Shown here piece by piece: positions 27,876 to 34,479 of a DNA stretch of 34,479 bases. Below the pieces are notes generated by a model. It did not search any database. It was not told the DNA's origin and was given only the letters and a program-made list of their open reading frames with translations. Position 1 is the stretch's first letter, and each line of letters begins with the position of its first letter. The DNA lies in NCBI GenBank assembly GCA_051382305.1, contig JBBCAV010000053.1, forward strand, positions 1 through 34,479. The letters are read 5' to 3'. Position numbers and translations under genes: made by a program. This stretch comes from Bdellovibrionota bacterium FG-2. Lineage in GTDB: Bacteria > Bdellovibrionota > UBA1018.

Positions 27876-27980
27876 GTCGACATTATGAGGCGAATCACAT
27901 GAAAAGCAAGTCGCTAGGCGTCAGTGTTTCACTCGATGTTCCCGCTAGATAGGTGATTTGAGTGGTCATAAAATAGAGCA

Positions 27981-28343
27981 ATGGCCAAGAAAATCCCCAT
28001 TGTAGATGACTCTCCGTTTCAACGAAAAATGTTAATGCGAGCGCTTGCTTCACTGGGCTTTGAATTTAGGCAGGCAGGGGATGGGAGAGAAGCGTTGACG
28101 GCGCTTAAGACTTTTTCTCCCGATCTTGTATTTGCTGATCTGGTGATGCCCAACATGGATGGGATGGCTCTCTTGAGGGATTTAGCCTCCCATGATTTTA
28201 AGGTACCCATCGTTGTGTTGACCGCAGACATTCAAGAACCGGTGAAAGCCGAATGTATGAAGTTGGGGGTGAAGGCCTTTTTGAATAAGCCCTTTAATGA
28301 GGAGTTACTCTTGGCCACGGTTAAGCAAATCTTGGGTTTATAG
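27981..28343 (+). CDS. Single-domain response regulator (CheY-like)
   Basis: IVDDS, phosphoacceptor ADLVMPNMDG, LTA and FLNKPF. Confidence 0.92.
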   Translation: MAKKIPIVDDSPFQRKMLMRALASLGFEFRQAGDGREALTALKTFSPDLVFADLVMPNMDGMALLRDLASHDFKVPIVVLTADIQEPVKAECMKLGVKAFLNKPFNEELLLATVKQILGL

Positions 28344-28358
28344 AACTATAAAAACATT

Positions 28359-28973
28359 ATGACAATACAACTCACTGAAAAACAAAAAGACGCACTCACC
28401 GAGTTAGTGAACATCGGCGTAGGAAAAGCTGCCGATGTTTTGAACCAAATGATTGAACATCGGGTTGAACTCAAAACTCCTGAGGTTAGGCTAATGGATC
28501 CTGCTGAGTTTGCGCGGGATTTTTGTTCCGGTTTTTTGACTTTATCGACGGTGTCCATGGATTTCTCTGGCGAACTCAAAGGGATTGCGGCGATTTTATT
28601 TCCACCAAAAAGCGCGGCAAATCTGGTTATTACACTTAATGGCGAAGATACGGGCGGGGAGGGGGATATGGACTCCATCCGCGCTAGTACCTTAAGTGAA
28701 GTGGGGAATATCGTGAGCAATAGCGTTTTGGGTTCGCTTGCCAATATCGTCAAGAAGCGGATTCAATATTCGGTGCCTTTTTATGAAGAAGCCCAGCTTC
28801 GACAATCTGTTTTTGGCAAAAAACTTAATTTTGCGACCACTTGCTTGGTCGCGACGGCACAGTTTTCCGTCAATGGTCTTGACCTCAAAGGTGATCTGCT
28901 GCTCGTATTTGAAATTGATTCTATTCAAAAACTTTTGAATGAAATCAATGCGATGTGGGAAGGCCTTGATTAG
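28359..28973 (+). CDS. CheC-family phosphatase
   Basis: Two E-x-x-N motifs: DALTELVNIGVG and STLSEVGNIV. Confidence 0.88.
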   Translation: MTIQLTEKQKDALTELVNIGVGKAADVLNQMIEHRVELKTPEVRLMDPAEFARDFCSGFLTLSTVSMDFSGELKGIAAILFPPKSAANLVITLNGEDTGGEGDMDSIRASTLSEVGNIVSNSVLGSLANIVKKRIQYSVPFYEEAQLRQSVFGKKLNFATTCLVATAQFSVNGLDLKGDLLLVFEIDSIQKLLNEINAMWEGLD

Positions 28974-30548
28974 ATGGGCCTGGGGCCTGCGGACCTTCGA
29001 GTGCTTGAAAGTTTAGGCGCGCTTCCAGATGGGATTTGCGTTGTGGATTCTGAGTTCCGTGTGGTTTATTGGAACTCTGTTTTGGAGCGATCTTCGGGAG
29101 TTCTCAGCGCTGAGATCGTGGGGCAGGAACTCTTTTCCCGCTTTAAGAATCTAAATGTAAGAAAATATCTCGTTCGTTTTAAGGCAGTGATGGATACGGG
29201 GGGGCCCGCGATTTTTTCGCCTGATTTGCATCAATATTTAATCCCGTGCCCACTAGCCAATGGGAAGTTTCAGGTGCAGGAGTGTTTTTTTTCGCGCCTC
29301 ACTTTGAGCAATATTCCGGGGAGCGCTGTTTCTGGGGATTTGGGGGGCTTGACGATTAGGGATGTGACCGCTTCTTACGGGAAGATTCATGAATTAAGAA
29401 GGCTAGCTAATCTCAAAGACAAGTTTTTAGCCGTTTGTTCTCATGACTTAAGGGCGCCCCTAAACGTGATCCTGGGTTTTACAGAGATTTTGGGTTTGGA
29501 TGAGGAGGTCAAAGCCAAGCATACAGAGACCTTGTGCCAGATTCAGGGGGCAGGGGTGTTGCTCCTGAATTTTATTAACGAACTTTTGGACTTAGGACGT
29601 CTTCAGTCTAAAGGCACAAAGAGTGTTAAAGGTGCTTTATTTTTGGCGGATGTGGCGAAAACGAGTTATGACCTCATGCGGGTCTTGGCCGCTGGGAAAA
29701 ATATTCGATTAGTTTTTGAGGACAAAACTAGCAATAGAGGTCCTGTTCGCGGAAACCTTTCTGAGCTCACGCGCATTATTAATAATCTGCTTTCGAATGC
29801 GATTAAATTTACGCCGGCGGCGGGCAAGATTGTATTGGGGCTGGAGTTGAATGCTGAGGCTTCCGAAGTGATGTTCAGTGTTCAAGATTCGGGCAGAGGG
29901 ATTCCGAAAGATAAAGTTCCGGTTCTTTTTGATCGCTATACGACGGCTTCAAGAGCGGGTACGGCCGGCGAAGCCAGTACGGGCATTGGGTTGTCGATCG
30001 TAAAGGAACTGGTTGAAGTTCATCATGGTCGGATCGAAGTAGAGAGTGTAGAGGGGCAGGGGAGCTGTTTTCGAGTGATACTTCCGCTGAGAGCGCTTTC
30101 GAGTTTAGAGCAAAGCGCTCATGCCGAAGTCCTATTTTTGCAAAAGAAGGATTTGCCTCTCGTGACAGACGAAGTCTCGACGACCAAGCGAATTTTAATC
30201 GTCGATGATGATCAGGCCAATCGGCTGCTTCTTCAGGCATATTTGGCAAGGACCTCGCACCTTATTGAGCAAGCGGAGGATGGGGTGTCGGCCTTTGAAA
30301 AGTTTACGACGCGCTCCTACGACATGCTTTTGGTCGACAGGATGATGCCAGGAATGGATGGTCCGACTCTCACGAAAAAAATAAGAGCTTGGGAAAAAGA
30401 GCGCATGAGGACCCCTGTGCCCGTTGTAGTGATCACGGGGCATACCTCGCCAGAGGAGCTTGAAACCGCTTTGAATGCCGGATGTAATTCGTATCTCAAT
30501 AAGCCGGTGAGCCGAGCGAAGCTGCTAGAGACGATCAGTCAGTATTAA
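28974..30548 (+). CDS. Cytoplasmic hybrid sensor histidine kinase (PAS-HisKA-HATPase-REC)
   Basis: PAS (LPDGICVVD...YWN), H-box SHDLRAPL, N-box NLLSNAIKFT, DSGRGI and GIGLSIV. REC with ILIVDDD, VDRMMPGMDG and LNKPV. Confidence 0.93.
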   Translation: MGLGPADLRVLESLGALPDGICVVDSEFRVVYWNSVLERSSGVLSAEIVGQELFSRFKNLNVRKYLVRFKAVMDTGGPAIFSPDLHQYLIPCPLANGKFQVQECFFSRLTLSNIPGSAVSGDLGGLTIRDVTASYGKIHELRRLANLKDKFLAVCSHDLRAPLNVILGFTEILGLDEEVKAKHTETLCQIQGAGVLLLNFINELLDLGRLQSKGTKSVKGALFLADVAKTSYDLMRVLAAGKNIRLVFEDKTSNRGPVRGNLSELTRIINNLLSNAIKFTPAAGKIVLGLELNAEASEVMFSVQDSGRGIPKDKVPVLFDRYTTASRAGTAGEASTGIGLSIVKELVEVHHGRIEVESVEGQGSCFRVILPLRALSSLEQSAHAEVLFLQKKDLPLVTDEVSTTKRILIVDDDQANRLLLQAYLARTSHLIEQAEDGVSAFEKFTTRSYDMLLVDRMMPGMDGPTLTKKIRAWEKERMRTPVPVVVITGHTSPEELETALNAGCNSYLNKPVSRAKLLETISQY

Positions 30549-30557
30549 ACCAATCTC

Positions 30558-30602
30558 AAAAAGCTTCGGGCAGCCCCCATTCTCTGGATGAGGCCGCCCG
30601 AA
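30558..30602 (-). terminator. Putative intrinsic terminator between convergent kinase and porin genes
   Basis: Imperfect GC-rich hairpin TTCGGGC...GCCCGAA (30565-30602). It pairs better on the minus strand through G-U pairs and is followed by GCTTTTT. Confidence 0.55.
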
Positions 30603-30635
30603 ACTAAATGTGAGATCTGAATTTTGGGAATTAAT

Positions 30636-31658
30636 TTAGAACGCCCAAGAGAAGGTCACTCTTGGGATCACATCAGTATCCAAGGTTTCATACTTCACCA
30701 ATTCTACGTTTGGTGAAATATGGACTTCTTTTGCGGGCTGAAAATCCACGCCCGCAATATAGAGCACAGGCTTCTCCGTTGTCGCCTGCCGAATGTAAGC
30801 AGAGTAGCCCATGCCTTTGGAGACCATATCCATCCGGCCAAAGACATTGAGTTTCTCCATGACTTTTGCATCGGCATAGAGTGAGAAGAGGTTGTAACTC
30901 AATCTCGTTTTGGTGGTGGAGGAGTATTTGTTGGCGTAAGAGTAAAGGGCTCCAAATTTGACGGGTTCAAACTTGTAGCCGCCAAACACATGCGACATGT
31001 AATCGTGGGTGTTGGTCTCATAATCTCCGTATACTTCGAAAATGGAATTCGCAATCGGTTCACTGGATAAAGAGAGGTGCGCTTTGCTGCCCTTATTGAT
31101 TTCGTTGTTGACGGAAGCGCCAGCGCCTACGGTGAAGTGATAGCTTAGGAGTTTATTAAAGTAGCTGCCCATCGAGCCTACGCCCAAGGTGCGTGCCACG
31201 CCAATACCGTTCCAAAGGTCTTCGGGAGTTTTTTCGATAAAGCGATAGCCCCAGTTCTTTTCGACGATGAGAACAGTGGGAACCTCCACAAGACCGAACA
31301 TCATCGTGCCGTCTGCATATTTGTAGCGCAATGATGCGTCTTTTACGTAAGGAGTCATTGGCAATGCAGTATAAGCGCCGCCTGTGGTTGTTGTAAAATC
31401 TGCGTTCGCGGTTTCCAATCTAAAACGGCTCGTGAAATTTTCATCAATCGCGTAATCGTAGTTGAAATTGATTCGTCTGATCCAAAATCCTTGCTGACTT
31501 TTGTAGCCCAGGTCCGAGGCTAATCTTGAAGTCGTGTCGTGATTGCTCATGAAATTGTAATAATCCCCGAAAATCACGCCGGAAAATTTGCCTTCGCCGG
31601 CAAAGGCCGAGAGGCTAAGGAGCGAAAAAACTAAGAGTGGTAATAATTTGCGAAACAT
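30636..31658 (-). CDS. Outer-membrane beta-barrel / porin
   Basis: Signal peptide ending SAFA; GFWIRRINFNY and PYVKDA.LRY strands; C-terminal VTFSWAF (Bam-type terminal Phe); GGAGGA RBS. Confidence 0.8.
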   Translation of the reverse strand: MFRKLLPLLVFSLLSLSAFAGEGKFSGVIFGDYYNFMSNHDTTSRLASDLGYKSQQGFWIRRINFNYDYAIDENFTSRFRLETANADFTTTTGGAYTALPMTPYVKDASLRYKYADGTMMFGLVEVPTVLIVEKNWGYRFIEKTPEDLWNGIGVARTLGVGSMGSYFNKLLSYHFTVGAGASVNNEINKGSKAHLSLSSEPIANSIFEVYGDYETNTHDYMSHVFGGYKFEPVKFGALYSYANKYSSTTKTRLSYNLFSLYADAKVMEKLNVFGRMDMVSKGMGYSAYIRQATTEKPVLYIAGVDFQPAKEVHISPNVELVKYETLDTDVIPRVTFSWAF

Positions 31659-31708
31659 AGATGTCCTCCAATGTATTGGCATTGTTGATACTGTTATTGT
31701 TGTTATGA

Positions 31709-32206
31709 TTACTTCCAAGTTCCAGAGCCCACGACCCACTGCTCAGCGGTTGTGCCGACTTTGCAGCCTTTGACCCAGGATTTTTTTGCAGTCGGATCCT
31801 TCTCTCCAAACTTGACCCATTTGTAATCCACCCAGGCGCCAGCGGGAACGGCTTTGACGGCTTTAACGAATTCCATGAAAAGTGGCTTGCCGTCGGGGTC
31901 TGTGTTCGCGGTGAGGTCGGTGTCATCTAATGCAGGCTTTATGGGGTGCATGACCATCTTAGGTCCCATGTCATTGATCCAGACATAATCGGGCTCGCCG
32001 CAGCAGTCATAGCGCATTTCGCGAATCTCATCGAGTGCTCCTTTGCCTTTGGCTTCGACGAGCTTGCAGGCCCAATCAACTTTACCTTTTACAATCGCGT
32101 CAGTGCAGACTGCCTTCTTCTTTCCTGCGGTGCAGTTTTCAGCCGCTCCAAATGCCACCTGGCTTAAAGCAAATACTGCGAATGCTGTACTAACAAAGTA
32201 ACGCAT
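31709..32206 (-). CDS. Secreted stand-alone single Cache (sCache_2-like) domain protein
   Basis: Signal peptide; YVWIND..MVMHP..P.L, DPDGK.LF.EFV, V.YKW.K.G, KKSWV and WVVGSG; six Cys; AAGGAG RBS. Confidence 0.85.
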   Translation of the reverse strand: MRYFVSTAFAVFALSQVAFGAAENCTAGKKKAVCTDAIVKGKVDWACKLVEAKGKGALDEIREMRYDCCGEPDYVWINDMGPKMVMHPIKPALDDTDLTANTDPDGKPLFMEFVKAVKAVPAGAWVDYKWVKFGEKDPTAKKSWVKGCKVGTTAEQWVVGSGTWK

Positions 32207-32233
32207 TTCCTTCTCCTTTTGTTGTGGTTTATA

Positions 32234-33805
32234 CTACGTGTTGTCCGATCCTCGAACGATCCCTTTGAGGGATTCGACGACAGTCTTGAGTCGGTGAGAT
32301 TGAGTAGAGAGTTGGTTGGCCGAGGATGCAATGTCTTGAGAAACTTGGGAATCCTTTTGGGTGGCGCTCTCAAGTTCTCCAACCGCTTTGGTGATTTCAC
32401 CGACTCCCGAGGATTGTTCGCGGGTGGCCATGGTGATTTCGTTGATCATGTCTTTGACTTTGGCAACCTCACTGACGATGTCTTCAAGAACTTGCGCGGT
32501 TTGATTGGCAATTTCGGTGCCCGCTTGGACTTTGGCGACTCCGGTGGAAATAAGTTTTTGAACTTTCGCGTTCGTATCGGTGACGATGTTTTCAACTTTA
32601 TGGATACTTTGATCCAGCATGCTCCCAATCTCTTGGGCCGCGGTGCCGCTCATGCGCGCAAGATTGCCGACCTCTTCGGCAACGACGGCGAAGCCTTTGC
32701 CATGTTCACCAGCGCGGGCCGCTTCGACGGAGGCATTAAAGGATAAAAGTTTGGTTTGAAAAACGATGTCATTAATAACCTTGGTTTTTTCGCCGATGGC
32801 CGCGATGACGTGCGTAATCTCGGTGATTTGGCGGTTACTCTCTTCAATTTCGTGCATAATGGCTTGGTTGCTCGCGCTGATTTCGCCAATGGCAGCAATC
32901 ATTTGCTGGGTTGCAATTTTGCCCTTCTCTGCGACATCGGAACTGGTATTGGAGGCTTCGCCTGATTTTGAGGCATTTTCGGCGCTCTTTGAGATCATGG
33001 CCGTCATTTCTTCCATGGAGGCGGCGGTTTGTTGAATCGCTGAAGCTTGTTCGGTGCTTGAGGAGGCGAGTTGTTGTGAGGCCGTCGCGATGGAAGTTGC
33101 GGAGCCTTCGGTCTGGTTGCATTCTTGTTCTAGTTGTTCAATTGAAGCCTCAAGGGGTCTTGAAATCGCGCTACTAATGATCCGCATAAGGACGAAACCA
33201 AACAGGGAGCCAAAAACAAGGCAGGAGACGACTATGATTGAGCCCACAATGGACACCTTTTGAAGTTTGGCTTCGGCTGCTTTTGCCTGGTCGATATTGA
33301 AGGTGTCGCAGGATTTGAGAATGCCATCGAGTTTCTCAAGGAGCGGAGAGTATTCGGCTGAATAGATTTTTAGAACCGTTTCGGGCGTGCTGGTCTTTAG
33401 CGCTTGTTTTAGCGTCAAATCTAAGGGGCTTAAGAACTTTTTGTCAAATTTGATGAGCGGTTCAAAAGACTTCTGAAGCTCCTCGGGCATTTGAACTTTT
33501 TGAAGGTCTTCAACCTTTTCGCTGATCTTTGTGTCCCATTTCTTCTTGCGACCCCAAACCTCGTCTGAGGGATTGGCTATGTAGTCGGCCATCGCAATGG
33601 CTTTAGACCGAAAATTCGTGCCTAATTCTGCAAAAAGTTCGTTGGTGTGTACGGCTTGTTTAAACTGCGCCTGCATGCCGAACATGAGTTTTACCACGGT
33701 AAGGTAAATGGCGAGAATGCTCGCGGCACCGATGATCAGGGAAATCGCAAATCCTGTAAGTTTCTTGCTCACGGACCAGTGTTTAAGCGTGTCAATGCCG
33801 ATCAT
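32234..33805 (-). CDS. Methyl-accepting chemotaxis protein
   Basis: Two TM segments flanking a helical periplasmic domain; hairpin tip INDIVFQTKLLSFNASVEAARAGEHGKGFAVVAEEV; AAGGAG RBS. Confidence 0.95.
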   Translation of the reverse strand: MIGIDTLKHWSVSKKLTGFAISLIIGAASILAIYLTVVKLMFGMQAQFKQAVHTNELFAELGTNFRSKAIAMADYIANPSDEVWGRKKKWDTKISEKVEDLQKVQMPEELQKSFEPLIKFDKKFLSPLDLTLKQALKTSTPETVLKIYSAEYSPLLEKLDGILKSCDTFNIDQAKAAEAKLQKVSIVGSIIVVSCLVFGSLFGFVLMRIISSAISRPLEASIEQLEQECNQTEGSATSIATASQQLASSSTEQASAIQQTAASMEEMTAMISKSAENASKSGEASNTSSDVAEKGKIATQQMIAAIGEISASNQAIMHEIEESNRQITEITHVIAAIGEKTKVINDIVFQTKLLSFNASVEAARAGEHGKGFAVVAEEVGNLARMSGTAAQEIGSMLDQSIHKVENIVTDTNAKVQKLISTGVAKVQAGTEIANQTAQVLEDIVSEVAKVKDMINEITMATREQSSGVGEITKAVGELESATQKDSQVSQDIASSANQLSTQSHRLKTVVESLKGIVRGSDNT

Positions 33806-33881
33806 GCGTTGCTCCTTAATCCTTTATATGTAAGGTGAGTGTAGACCAGGGTTCTAAAATTAACAGAGAATTTTTTATTCG

Positions 33882-33890
33882 TGGTATAAT
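33882..33890 (+). promoter_or_regulatory. Extended -10 promoter element upstream of the E1-alpha gene
   Basis: TGG-TATAAT (TGnTATAAT) in an AT-rich intergenic region. Confidence 0.5.
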
Positions 33891-33972
33891 CTCATAGATT
33901 CATGACTATGCAATCGGCAGGATTAGTGTTGGTGTGAATTATAAATCTGATTTCCGATTGGAGAAAATACTT

Positions 33973-34385
33973 GTGAAGCCCTTAGAGATTCATCGTGTCA
34001 TGGTAAAAGCGCGTGTTTTGGAAGAACGCCTCGTGCGCATGTACAAGCAAAACGACGGCTATTTTTGGATCGGAGGCCCCGGCGAGGAGGCCTTTAATGT
34101 CCCGTTAGGGATGCTCATTCATAAGGGTCAGGGGTTGGACTATGATTTTTTACAGCTGCATTATCGCTCCAGCGCGATCTTGCTTGCGATGGGGGCACAG
34201 CCCGTTGATTTTATGCGGCAGATGAAAAACACAGCTTTAGACCCTTTTTCAGGGGGGCGAAACTTTGCGAATCACTCTTCAATCAGAAAATGGAATGTGA
34301 CTCCGATCACCTCGACGATCGAAACGCAGTATTCAACCGCGATTGGTTCCGGCATTGCCCAGAAGCGTCATCATGAACAGGGGGG
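33973..34385 (+). CDS. TPP-dependent 2-oxoacid dehydrogenase E1 alpha subunit, 5' part (truncated at chimeric junction)
   Basis: Not in the ORF track. GGAG RBS then GTG; translation includes MVKARVLEERLVRMYKQNDGYFWIGGPGEEAF...LHYRS...DPFSGGRNFANH...ITSTIETQYSTAIGSGIA. It breaks off before the TPP-binding GD motif. Confidence 0.85.
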
Positions 34386-34479
34386 AGGAGCGGAGAGTAT
34401 TCGGCTGAATAGATTTTTAGAACCGTTTCGGGCGTGCTGGTCTTTAGCGCTTGTTTTAGCGTCAAATCTAAGGGGCTTA
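34386..34479 (+). repeat. Exact 94-nt direct copy of 33339..33432 (inside the MCP gene)
   Basis: aggagcggagagtattcggctgaatagatttttagaacc...ctaaggggctta is identical at both places, 1047 nt apart, and runs to the end of the window. Confidence 0.95.

Noticed and set aside
32219-32746. 175-aa plus-strand ORF
   Set aside because: Antisense to the conserved MCP signalling domain, with no independent motif.
34386-34479. Terminal direct repeat as a mobile element or prophage att site
   Set aside because: No integrase, transposase or terminal inverted repeats; the copy comes from inside an MCP gene.

Overview
Gene-dense 34.5 kb bacterial chromosomal segment; the gene repertoire suggests a Bdellovibrionota/delta-proteobacterial-like diderm, but that is inference only. 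No rRNA, tRNA, CRISPR or mobile element is visible. Left to right: (1) a frameshifted alpha/beta hydrolase and a long coiled-coil protein; (2) a tightly coupled aromatic amino acid catabolism operon: tyrosine phenol-lyase, an uncharacterised 582-aa Rossmann-fold protein, iorA, iorB, a beta-alpha fused ADP-forming acyl-CoA synthetase and tryptophanase; (3) two tandem PilZ genes, the first broken by an in-frame TAA and missed by the ORF track; (4) a 5'-nucleotidase lipoprotein and pfkA-purE; (5) an Rrf2-hemerythrin-membrane polyferredoxin operon with a palindromic operator candidate; (6) an envelope locus with an in-frame MarR-TolC fusion, an exported beta-rich protein, a lipoprotein with three internal repeats, a divergent second TolC and an RND pump with no adaptor gene; (7) a CBS protein, a CheY-like/CheC/hybrid kinase module and an MCP-secreted Cache protein-porin operon; (8) a truncated 2-oxoacid dehydrogenase E1-alpha gene whose last 94 nt are an exact copy of upstream sequence, probably a chimeric contig end. 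The best candidates for new biology are the MarR-TolC locus and the orphan oxidoreductase in the Tyr/Trp operon.
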